From Azolla caroliniana (taxonomy: Eukaryota > Plantae > Polypodiophyta): DNA of 64,000 bases. The DNA lies in NCBI GenBank assembly GCA_043228905.1, contig JBHGNT010000010.1, positions 5,642,001 through 5,706,000 of the forward strand, written 5' to 3'. Below are positions 13,960 to 25,817 of the stretch, in pieces. Each line of letters begins with the position of its first letter. Position 1 is the first letter of the stretch. The position numbers and the translations under genes are program-made. The notes beneath the pieces are model-generated. The model ran no database searches. It was not told the DNA's origin and saw only the letters and a program-made list of their open reading frames with translations.

Positions 13960-16900
13960 CGAGGTCCATGCTTGCCGCTATGCCCAATACCGTCTGGATG
14001 GATGTCATCTTTACTACCGAGGCAAAGCTCTCATGGAAGTCCACTCCTTTCTTTTGTTGGAACACCTTCACCATGATCCGAGCTTTGTACCTTGGTGGAT
14101 ATCTGGCGTCTCCCGGTTTCAGCTTGTACATCCACTTGTTCCGGAGTGCTCTCTTCCCTTTCGGCAACTCCGTCAGTTCATACATGTGGTTCTCATGTAG
14201 GGAATCCATCTCGTCCTGCATGGCACTCAACCACTTGCTGTCATGGGTGTCTCTCTTTGCCACTTCGAAGCTTTCTGGCTCCCCCTCATTGGTTAGCAAC
14301 ACATGCTCTGCATCCAGGAATCTCCGGGGGGCTCTTCTCTCTCGGAGAGGATATCTCCATCCTTGGTTTCTGACTACCAGTTCTTTCGTCTGTTCCGAAT
14401 CCAGATCCGATTCGGGATCTTGTCCGATTCCGATGTCTTCTTCTTCTTCTTCTTCTTCTTCTTCGGTCGGTTCAGTTTCTTGTCCATATCCAGCCGGTTT
14501 GTCGAGTGTCCTCCGGTTGCCGGCCAACATCCGGTTTTCAACCGGGTAGGTCCTTGTGTCCTCAGACCGGTTTTGATTGGATGATCTGGAGTTGATCATC
14601 TTCTTCTCCGACTCCCATTCGACAATGGTCCTGTTTTCCATGAAGACTATGTCCTAACTCCGGAACACCTTCTTGTCGACTAGATCCCACGCTCGGTAAC
14701 CGAAATCATCATCGTCGTATCCAAGGAATATGCATGGCAGGGACTTTGGATCGAGCTTTGCTCTTTGTCCTTCCCCACATGCACGTTGTCGTGAAGATCC
14801 GTCACTATTTGCGGATCGTGAGGTGGAACCGCTAGGGTTCTAGATCGGAAGGACTCGAAGTACGCACAAGCTTTAGCGAGAAAGTATTTAAGATAGATTG
14901 AGAGAGAGAGAAATTGAGATTAAACGCTTGACTTTAGATTGAGAGAGATTACGATTGAACTTTTAACTTTTAGATTTAAGAAACAAGCTATACATCAATT
15001 GGATATTGAATTTCTTACTTTTAATTTCTTGATCAATACATCCATTGGATAACTAATTTTCTTCTTAATATTAATTTTGATATAAAGTACAAAGCTCCCT
15101 TTGATCTTTTTCATCCACCCTTTTATAGATGCTCCCATGCATATAATGCATGGAATGCATGTGTGCCATTTGACGCTCATGCATCATATGTCACTCAATC
15201 AAGCTCTAATATGAGAATTTACATGTAAAAGTATAATGATAGGAAATATAATCCCTAAAGAAATGATTTGGCTTAATGATAAGCTTATTGCTCCCTATCT
15301 TGGAGGTGCAAAGTTCGAGTTTTGCTTACATCTTTTTCTTTTATGCACAAAAACTATTAGGCTTTTGGACCAAATATCTTTAAGACATCCTGCACGGTGA
15401 TCACTAGTTGCCGGATCCATCCGATCACCGGTTGCCGGCTCCATCCGATTTCTGATTATATCATCGGTCGGTTTGAGTTTCTTCACCAGCCGATTCAGGC
15501 ACTTAGCCACATATATCCATCTAGACAAAAGTGGCTTAAGTCCAACTATTTTTTATGTGCTCTTAACACATAGATGAAAATATGATCCTGCACGGCGATC
15601 AACCGACCTGACTGATCCGTCTGATTTGCATCCGTTCGGTCTAGCCTGGTTCGGTTTGCATACCAAGGTCGTCGTATGCCAGATGCCAGTCAACGATCGC
15701 CAGTTCTGTCATCGGATGTCGATCACCATCCGTCACTGGTTTTGTCGCCAGATGCCGATCATTGTTTGTCGCCAGTTGTCGGCTCCGTCCGATCACTAGT
15801 TGCCGGATCCATCCGATCACCAGTTGCCGGCTCCATCCGATTTCTGATTATGTCATCGATCGGTTTGAGTTTCTTCACCAGCCGATTCAGGCACTTAGCC
15901 ACATATGTCCATCTAGACAAAAGTGGCTTAAGTCCAACTATTTTTTATGTGCTCTTAACACATAGATGAAAATATGATGGATCTCAATCTGCTTATATAG
16001 ATGGGGCCTAAACTTTTCCTATCTATGTGGGATATTTCACAGTTTTTTTTTTTCTCTTTTTCTTTTGCAAAACTTTATACCCACATAACTTGAGACTTAG
16101 ATGTTCATTTCTTATGTAATAAAGTGCATTCGAAATCTCTTGAAGACCTCCATCTTTTTGTACTAAGATATTAAACTTATTTAAAATAGTATTTTCACTA
16201 TTATTGTTTTATATGATTCATATTCAATTTCTTATGTTTTATGCGATTTTCACACCATTGCTGCAAATCTTCACGACATCCACCCCCACCAAACCGCACG
16301 TCCTCCGATACGTGCCAAGAAGAGAGAATGTGAGATTTCTGTAATGGTGATCAGCCATGGCATGGCTCCTCAACGTCGAGCATGTTTGTTTCTTTGTACT
16401 CAAATCATTGTTGCCACCTAATCCACCATATCATTCATTTTTTCTTTGCTTTACCATGACTTGTTGTCATGGCCCCTTGCTCTCTTCTTGAGGATAATTG
16501 TTTAAGTCTCATGAATGTTCCACCTTTGTCTCGATTGTCTCCTTGCTCAATGCACTTTGACTCGTTCACAGTAGTGTCTTTGGTAGATGTTTTGATCACA
16601 TCCTTCGAATCCTCAAGGCTTGCTTGGCCATCGCCATCCCTTGTCATATTTTGCTCGAAGTCTTTGTTGCACATATAAGCTCTAACCCTTGTTTCTTCCC
16701 CATCACTATCCTTCTCTTGGGTCTTACATCGGTTAATGCCCAAGTCTCTAGAACGAGTGTGGAGGGACCCATACATTTCCATCGTTCGCCTTTTTCGTGC
16801 TACACTTAGCCATTTCCATCTTAAAGTTGCTTGAATCAACATTGACCTTTGCTTCCTCACCGCTAGATTCCGTCTCTTGGGTCTTACATCCGTTAATGCC

Positions 16901-17110
16901 CAAGTCTCTAGAACTAGTGTGGGGAAAAGCTCTTCATGGCCATTCACCATCTTCGCCTTGACGTCATTTTCCATAGCTATTCCTTCAAACTAATGGGCTT
17001 CGTACCCATCGATCCTTTTTATTAAGCAATCCTCTATTATGCTTCTCTCTTCGCTGCATGTATTAGTTTCGCCCTTCGGTTCTTTGCCATCACCTCCCGT
17101 CTCTTGGGTC

Positions 17111-18529
17111 TTACATCGGTTCTCGGACGCAATTGCCCTTTAGAACAAGTGTGGAGAAGATTTGGCCATCGTCATTGCCTATATTATCTTGGTCCTTCTC
17201 TTCCTTTTCGCCACCATCCATCTCTTGTGTCTCACGTTGGTTCCCAGACATAACTGCCCAAGTCTGTAGATGAAGTGTTAGGAAAGTCTCCACATTACCA
17301 TCTGCCATCGACTTGTTCATAGCCATCTTCGACTCGATGTCGTTTTTCGTGGCAATCTCTTCAATCTCATAGGCCTCGTACCCATTGACCTTCTTGATCG
17401 AGCAAGCTTTGATTATCCTTCTCTCTTCATCGCATGTATTCTTTTCGACCTTCGGCTCCTCGCCGACACCTTCCGTCTCTTGGGTCTCACATTGGTTCTT
17501 TGACGCAACTGCCCAAGTCTTTGGAGCATGTGTGGAGAAAATCCGTCCATGGTCGTTTATCTTGTTCATAGTCACCTCCTCGATGTCGTCTTTAGCGGCT
17601 AGATCCTCAATTACACTAGCCTCGCTCTTTTTATCGCCATTGATGCAAGCTTTGATTTGGCTTGCTCCATCATCCATTGTTTCGAACACGACGCATGTTC
17701 TGAAACATTTGTCCTCCTTTGAAATGGCCGTCATCATCCTCGAGTCATCATCAATCTTCTTTTCATGTTGGATGCGTTGTTTAGGCGTCTCGACTTCTTT
17801 AGATGGTTTTGATTTTTCTACGCTTGGTCTTACCAAGTCAATATCATCGAGCCATCGATGACGCTTGTTGATCTTGTTGCATGCTTGCTTCACCGCAACC
17901 TAGTCCGCCACAAGGCCGTTTGGTTGGGTATCATCTTCGAGGAGAGTCCCCAATTCTCGTCTATCCTTCATGTCCACGGCTTTCAAGAAGTACAAAGTTT
18001 TGTCCTCCTCAAGCATCACTTGGTCTGTGGCAAGGAGACGACTAAACATCTGGTCGAACTCGTCGTACACCATCGAGGCGCTCATCTTCTTATTTTTCCT
18101 CTCTATCCACTTCATCAACACATGCCGAGTCATCCTCGACAAATCTTCCGCCACGAACTCCGCTAATATTGATCTTTCAAAATTTGACGACGTTGGCTTG
18201 CCTTTTTGAAGCTCGATGACACGTCTTTGGATGTTGTTGACAACAACTCTCTTGAAGCTTGTGATTTGACATGCTTCAAACACGTCGCTTTGATTCATCT
18301 CCCTTCTATATGCATCAAGGAACTTCGTAATGTTCCTTCCGTCAAATTGACCCTCGAGCTCAACGACATGGTCGACAGCCTTCTCCACACTTGCATCGTT
18401 GTCTCGAGCTCTCATCATTTGTTCGACGATCAACATCATCCTTTCAAACTCTCCTGCTTGGTTGCTTGAGGATACCATCTCCAAGTATCGGTTGATCCTC
18501 GATTTGATCCTTTCTGCCGCCTCTTTCAC
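17111..18529 (-). pseudogene. Gag-like ORF of F with one internal stop (17900) and a repetitive acidic tail; remnants continue to ~16435
   Basis: FDGRNITKFLDAY..ELGTLLED..GLVAD*VAVKQAC aligns with H Gag FNGRDTMSYLDAY..GLLLE..GLTTDWAMVKRVC. Confidence 0.8.
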
Positions 18530-18542
18530 GTCGGGTTCACCA
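18525..18542 (-). promoter_or_regulatory. Primer binding site complementary to tRNA-Trp
   Basis: TGGTGAACCCGACGTGAA, 8 nt inside the 5' LTR. It is complementary to the plant cytosolic tRNA-Trp 3' end TTCACGTCGGGTTCACCA (tRNA sequence recalled, not looked up). Confidence 0.8.
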
Positions 18543-21500
18543 CTTAATTATGTCGTGAAGATCCGTCACTATGTGCGGATCGTGAGGCGGAACCGCCGGG
18601 GTTCTGGACCGGAAGGACTCGAAGTACGCACAAGCTTTAGCGAGAAAGTATTTAAGATAGATTGAGAGAGAGAGAAATTGAGATTAAACACTTGACTATA
18701 GATTGAGAGAGATTGAAATGGAGAGAGAGATTAAGATTGAACTTTTAGATTTAAGAAACAAGATATACATCAATTGGATATCGAATTTCTTACTTTTAAT
18801 TTCTAGATTAATACATCAATTGGATAACTAATTTTCTTCTTAATATTAATTTTGATATAAAGTACAAAGCTCCCTTTGATCTTTTTCATTCACCCTTTTA
18901 TAGATGCTCCCATGCATATGATGCATGTGAGGGTACAAGACATGCATACAATGCATGGAATGCATGTGTGCCATTTGGCGTTCATGCATCACATGTCACT
19001 CAATCAAGCTCTAATATGAGAATTTACATGTAAAAGTATAATGATAGGAAATATAATCCCTAAAGAAATGATTTGGCTTAATGGTAAGCCTATTGCTTCC
19101 TATCTTGGAGGTGCAAAGTTCGAGTTTTGCTTACATCTTTTTCTTTTATGCATAAAAACTATTAGGCTTTTGGAACAAATACCTTTAAGACATCATGCAC
19201 GACGATCAACTGACCTGACCGATCCATCTGATTTGCATCCGTTCGGTTTGGCACGGTTCGGTCCGCATCCCGAGGTCACTAGATGTCAAATGCTGGTCAC
19301 CAGTCGTCGATTCTGTCATCGGTTCCGTCGCCGGATGTTGATCACCGTCCGTCACCGGTTCCCTCACCGTATGCCATCACCGGTCGTTGGTTCCGTCGTC
19401 GGATGCCGTTCACGGGTTGTCGGTTCCATCACCGAATGTCGTCATTGTCCATCGCCGGATGACGGTCACCGTCCATCGCTGGATGCCGATTACCGATCGC
19501 CGGTTCCGTCATCGTCCAGTTGTCGGTTGCCAGATTCATCTGATTTCCGGTTGCCGGCTCCTTCCGGTCACCAATTGTCGCCTCCATCCAGTTTCTGATT
19601 ATGTCATCGATTGGTTTGAGTTTCTTCACCAGCTGATTCAGGCACTTAGCCACATATGTCCATCTAAACAAAAGTGGCTTAAGTCTAACTATTTTTTATG
19701 TGCTCTTAACACATAGATGAAAATATGATGGATCTCAATCTGCTTATATAGATGGGGCCTGAACTTTTCCTATCTATGTGGGATATTTCACAATTTTATT
19801 TTTCTCTTTTTCTTTTGCAAAACTTTATACCCACATAACTTGAGACTTAGATGTTCGTTTCTTATATAGTAAAGTGCATTCGAAAACTCTTGAAGACCTC
19901 CATCTTTTTGTACTAAGATATTAAACTTATTTAAAATAGTAGTTTCACTATTATTGTTTTATATGATTCATACTCGATTTCATATGTTTTATGCGATTTT
20001 CACACTATTGCCGAAAATCTTCACGACAACGTATGCGAGACACCCGAACGCCTTCAGATGTCGATAAGATACATCTTTACCGGTCCATACTTTCTGGGGT
20101 GAGTCTCCTCCCAAGGGTACTGAGGGTGATCTATTTATCACATAGGTCGCTGTCGTCAATACCTGAGCCCAAAACGTCTTGGGTAACTTGGCATATGTGA
20201 GCATGCTCCAGACTCTCCATTATGGTCTGGTTCATCCTTTTGGCCAACCTGTTCAATTCCGACCTCTTCGGCACGGTGAATTCGAGCCAGATTCCCTTCG
20301 ACCGATAGTACCCCTCGAACTGCCCCCAGTATTCTCCTCCGTTATTTGCTCGAACCGCCTTCAGTTTCCAGCCAGTTTCTCTTTCCACTCTCGCGTGGAG
20401 CTCCTTGAAGACAGATAACACCTGATCCTTCGTCTTGAACGGTGATACCCACAACTTCCGATTGTGGTCATCTATGAACGTCACAAAGTACTACACTCTG
20501 GCATGTGACATCATGTCCACTTGACACACAATGGTATGCACCAGCTCGAGTGGTGCATTCTGTCTCATCGGTGCCCTTGATCGGAAGGAGGTTCAGTTTT
20601 GCTTGTTGGCCAAGCAATCAATGCACTTCTCAAGTAGCACGTCCTTCGCCAGAATGAGGTTGTCTTCGACAAGCCTCTTCATCCCCTTCTCACTCATGTG
20701 ACACAGTATTATGTGCCACAGCTCACTGGCAGTGTCAGATGCTACATTCGCTTCTTCCCGGCATACTCGAGCATTCATTAGGTATAGAGTGTTGACCTTC
20801 CGGGCTCGAGCCACAATTAGGCTCCCTTTGCAAAACTTCATGACTCCGTTCCGGATGCTACCCGTGTAGGCTTCATCATCTAGCCGACCAACTAATATCA
20901 GGTTCAGTCGAATCTCCGAAACGTGTAGGACATCCTTCAGTAGCAGCTTGCATCCAGTTGACGTCGTCAACAACACATCTCCTATGCCGACAATTCAACA
21001 TGTACCTTCATTCCCCATCCGGACACAACCATGATCACCGGTTGTGTAGGTTGAGAAGCATTTCCAGTCCAAAGTAAGGTGGAACGACGCTCCGGAATCA
21101 ACAACCCACGTTGTCTTGTCGCCGACAAGGTTTAACTCATTCTCTTTGGTAATGAGCATCAGTTCTTCTTCACATGTCTCAATCACCGACGTTCCCTTCT
21201 GATACGGGCCTCTCTGGTTCGAAGTCTTCTTCGAATCGGTGGTGCCGGTTTCTTTCTCCGGTTTTGGTCATCTTCCGTGACCAAGGCCTTTAGATCAGTT
21301 CCAAACTCCCGGTCCTTCCAGCAAGCCTCTTCATCTAACAAGCTTGATTTTACCCTTGCTAGGGACAATTGTTTTCCTTCCGGCCCGACATTGCCCAACG
21401 TGACAACTAGCATCTCCCAACTATCCGGGAAGGAACCGAGCAGGAGTAATGTGAGTACCTCATCATCAAGAGGTACTTCCAATGAGGTTGCCTGGTGGAT

Positions 21501-21910
21501 CAGTCCTTGGAAGGCATTCATGTGCTCCACCATACTAGATTCGTCATGGTACCAGAGCCTCACTAGTGTCCGGAATACCGAAACCCGATTAACAACATTC
21601 TTGTTCTGGAACATGATGTCGATCTTCTCCTAGAGTTCATGAGCCTTGCTCTCTTCATTGAAGTTGTTGTACAAGCTCATGTTGATGAAGCACCGGATGT
21701 ATGTCGTCGTCTTCATGTGCATCACCTCCCACACTGTGGCATCGATCTTATCTGGTCTCTTGTCTCCGAACTGAACCAGCAACCAAAGATCTTTGACCAC
21801 CAGCATGTCCCTCATCTTCAACTTCCACACTGAGTAGTTGGAGCTGGTGAGCATGAACATGTCGTTGAACGATTCTTCCATTTTCTGTGTTGTTCACTTG
21901 GATACCAATT

Positions 21911-22467
21911 TGAAGAGAAACGCGGGAATATTGCTCGGCCACAATCGTGTCTTGAATCCCTTCTCTAAGAATGAAACACAGAAATGGGAAGTGGGGAGTA
22001 CACAAAAGGAAATACACATGATGTTTACGTGGAAAACCCTAAGTGGGAAAAACCACGGGAGCCCACGGACTCCAACTATCACTATACGAGAAAGGTACAA
22101 TCAGAGCCTCGGAGGCAACGACCTCGAGCTTTGTATCTTCGCCAACCGACGGTTACAACAGAGTATCACTTTGTATCTCACACTTACTCTCTCTCTTGTT
22201 TTCTGTACAACAATATAACAACTCCTACAACATAATAAAGTGGTTGCCCTAAGTCATATTTATACTTATATGAACTTAGGGCTATTTACAAATATAGCCG
22301 CAATAGGTTTACTCAAAACATATTTACAGATATGTCTCTCTTCCTGTTCTCACCGGCTCTCTTATGGTTCTCACCGAGTCTCCTCCGGTTTCCGGATCTC
22401 TTCCGATTCTCACTGGGTCCTCTTCATTCATCACCGGATTCCATCTGGAGGGACCGATTTCCCAACA
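21911..22467 (-). repeat. 5' LTR of Copia B
   Basis: TGAAGAG..CCCAACA adjacent to the PBS. Confidence 0.92.
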
Positions 22468-23020
22468 TTACGTATATGCATGTGTCGAAGGAAAAACGGA
22501 GGAAGTTTGATGCCATAACTGTTATAACCCCCGAGCCAAACAATCTCACGTAAGTCGTGATGTTGTGTTCAACGAGTCTGCGTCGTGGTAGTTGCCTTCA
22601 CCTCCAACCCCTGACGACTCCATTCTGATATCTGACGAAGAGGTCAGCAAGGCTGAAATGCCTCGGGAGGAAGAAGACATCAGAGCTCTTGAAGAGAGTC
22701 TGATCTCATTCAGGCTAAGTGGGCCGAATGAGCGACTGTGTCAGCATGACCAGTCAGACACAGAACCGACGAGTAATGGAGACTCGACCGTGCATTCTCA
22801 GCGCAGGAAGCCGAGGAGACGATTTACGCGCAAAGAGAAGGAAAAGAAGAAGATGTCGGAGTACAACACTGATAAAGACGAGTCGGATCGAAGCAAATCC
22901 TACTCTGAGAAGAACGAAGATGGACCTTCATAAACGAAGCCCGCGTCAGCCAAGAGGGCCTCAAAATCAGCTAATGAGCAATTACGTTGATCTACCCGCC
23001 AGAAGAACCCCATGGTGCGG

Positions 23021-24534
23021 TGTCGTGAAAATCCGTCACTATGTACGGATCGTGAGATGAAACCGTTGGGGTTCTAGACTAGAAGGATTTAGAGCAACAT
23101 GTACAACACAAGAAAGTTTTAAGCATAAGACAAGTGGGAGAGACAAATCATTAGTTTATTACAAAAGAAAATCGATTCTTTATAATTTTTAGAATTGTGT
23201 TACAATGGGTTGGGTATGGAAATGAGAGATTAATTTTTCAAAGAAAGGATCCAACAACCATACAAGGAGTGGTATGATATGAATACGAGAGATAATTTTT
23301 TACAAGAAAGATCAAGTAAACAAAGCTAGGAGTTTGATATCAATATGTGAGATAATTTGTTTCTCGAATCCGAGAGGGAAGAAGAAAGAAGGAAAAAAAA
23401 AAACTAGGAGGGAAAAAATGGGACATATATCGAGCTCCTCGTTGATCCTCCTCCCCAATGTTACTTTGCATGCCCACTTTTAGTTGGATAGCCTCTATTT
23501 TTAGTTACATGCTTCCATTTTTAGATGCATGCCTTTTACTTTTAGTTGCATAGCCTTGGCTTTTGGTTGCATGCAATTGTCCGTATAATTCGGCCAAATG
23601 ACACAATCATCCATAAAGTTTAGCCCGTGCGCAATCCGTACGTGCATCGCAACCAAACCGTAGACGCGTCCGCGCGCAAAAGTCTCGACCGCGTAGTAAT
23701 GTACGCACCGTGTACGCATCCGCGCGCAAAAGTTTCGATCGTGCCATAGTGTACGCATCCGCGCGCAAAAGTTTCGACCGCGCCATAGTGTACGCATCCA
23801 CGCATGCGCGCGTGCGCACACACGCGTCCACGCGCTCGTCTGCACATACGAGTCCGTCCGAAACATCCACACGTACGCGTAGTAATGTACGCATCCGCGT
23901 GCGTGCGTCCAACCTGCACCGTGTACGCATCCGCGCGCAAAAGTTTCGACCGTGCCATAGTGTACGCATCCACGCATGCGTGTACACATCCGCGCGCAAA
24001 AGTTTCGACCGCGCCATAGTGTACGCATCCACGCATGCGCGCGTGCGCACACACGCGTCCACGCGCTCGTCTGCACATACGAGTCCGTCCGAAACATCCA
24101 TGCATACGCCCAAAACTTGCACACGCGCGTACATCCGAAGACGTCCACGCGGCCATGCACACGCGCGTACGCCCAAAGCGTTTCGTGCATACACGCGTAT
24201 GCCTGAAGCGTGAAAACACCACATAGTGTAGCCCAAGTCACCTTGAACATTCTATGCTCCACACATTCATAAAATGAATATGTTTTGGTTTCCCCTATAT
24301 ATTCTACATTCCAATGTTGTCCTATCTATGTGGGATATCTCACAGTTTTGTTTTTTCTTTTCTTTTCTTCAAATTTCACACTCACATAACTTGATACTTG
24401 TTTATCCGTTTTATGCGTAGTAAAATACGCTATAAAACTCTTGAACACATCTATCTTTCCATATCAATATATTAAGCTAATCGTAAATAATTATTTTACT
24501 AGTTTTCATATCATGTGTGAAAAACCACGCGACA
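23021..24534 (-). mobile_element. Solo LTR G (F-like Gypsy lineage)
   Basis: TGTCGTG..CGCGACA; both end regions are homologous to the F LTRs. Host A reading frame is restored by removing it plus 4 bp (GCGG/AAGG, imperfect TSD). Confidence 0.82.
23610..24230. repeat. CG-rich hierarchical tandem array inside LTR G
   Basis: ~40-bp subunit GTGTACGCATCCGCGCGCAAAAGTTTCGACCGYGCCATA nested within a ~230-bp higher-order duplication. Confidence 0.9.
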
Positions 24535-24879
24535 AAGGTTCGGATACAACTAATACATGGCGCGTCATTATGCGTACATGACGCAAGTGGCGGAAGTGCG
24601 TTGTCGCAAAGTTCCGCGCACGTGTGTTACATGGGCGGGACCACGCGGGTCTTGGACTAGGGAGTACTCAAGGGATAGAGAAGACCCGAGGTTTGCTTTA
24701 TGACAATACTACTTCCCGACCCCTTCCCAAGCAAGGGCTCGTTACCCTTTGTTTTGTGAGGTCGGTGGCTCTCGTTGATGACGACTCGTCGACCTTTCGA
24801 GATCACCGCACGAGCCAAGTGATCAAACGGGTACAAGCAAGATGAGCACGCAAGATGAACGCACAAGGGGACGATAACA

Positions 24880-25817
24880 CGAACACGAATGCCCGTACGT
24901 CTTTATGAGGAGGAGAGGTGCATGGGCACGCCCGAACGCTCCCTCGTCACAAGACGTCGAACGTACGAGGAAGACACAAAACACACGCACAAATGCTCGT
25001 ACGCCTTTATGAGGAGGAGAGTTGCATGGGCAAGCTCGAACACTCACTCATCACAAGACGACCGAACATACAAGGAAGTCACAAACACACGCACAAATGC
25101 TCGTACGCCTTTATGAGGAGGAGAGTTGCATGGGCAAGCTCGAACACTCCCTCATCACAAGACGACTGAACATACAAGGAAGTCACAAACACACGCACAA
25201 ATGCTCGTACGCCTTTATGAGGAGGAGAGGTGTATGGGCACGCCCGAAACGCTCTCTCGTCACAAGACGGCCGAACGTACAAGGAAGACACAAACACACG
25301 CACAAAATGCTCGTACACCTTTATGAGAAGGAGAGGTGCATGGGCAAGCCCGAACGCTCCCTCGTCACAAGACAGTTGAACGTACAAGGAAGACACAAAC
25401 ACACACGCAAAATGCTCGTACGCCTTTATGAGGAGGAGAGGTGTATGGGCAAGCCCGAAACGGTCCCTCGTCACGAGACGGCCGAACGTACAAGGAAGAC
25501 ACAAACACATGCAAAAAATGCTTGTACTCCTTTATGAGGAGGAGAGGTGCATGGGCACGCCCGAAACGGTCCCTCGTCACAAGACGACCGAACATACAAG
25601 GAAGACACAAACACACGCACAAATGCTCGTACGTCTTTATGACGAGGAGAGGTGCATGGGCACGCCCGAAACGGTCCCTCCTCACAAGATGGCCGAACGT
25701 ACAAGGAAGACACAAACACACGCACAAATGCTCGTACGTCTTTATGAGGAGGAGAGGTGCATGGGCACGCCCGAAACGCTCCCTCGTCACAAAACGGCCG
25801 AACGTACAAGGAAGACA
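24880..25817. repeat. 104-106-bp tandem repeat x9 inside LTR H
   Basis: CTTTATGA anchors at 24901, 25005, 25109, 25213, 25319, 25424, 25530, 25635 and 25740. Confidence 0.95.

Larger units (their letters stand above)
14787..20028 (-). mobile_element. Non-autonomous Gypsy derivative F (Gag only, TR-GAG-like)
   Basis: LTRs at 14787-16278 and 18551-20028 with 12-bp inverted termini TGTCGTGAAGAT..ATCTTCACGACA. 4-bp TSD ACGT (14783-14786, 20029-20032). The 2.27-kb interior has gag but no PR, RT, RH or IN motifs. Confidence 0.9.
1677..21881 (-). pseudogene. Disrupted gag-pol of Copia B (pieces 1677-2524, 7997-8603, 13960-14786, 20033-21881)
   Basis: Gag NYSVWKLKM, protease WVVDSGASFH, integrase FIDDHNRK, RT LLFVDDML and RNase H FTDSDM are all recognisable, with many stops and frameshifts. 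Confidence 0.9.
1148..22467 (-). mobile_element. Copia B, full length but degenerate; hosts C, D and F
   Basis: LTRs at 1148-1666 and 21911-22467. TSD TCACG/TTACG (1143-1147, 22468-22472). Degenerate PBS TGGTATCCAAGT at 21896-21907; PPT remnant at 1667-1680. Confidence 0.92.

Noticed and set aside
18525-18542. tRNA-Trp gene
   Set aside because: Only the 3' 18 nt including CCA are present, next to an LTR; this is a PBS.
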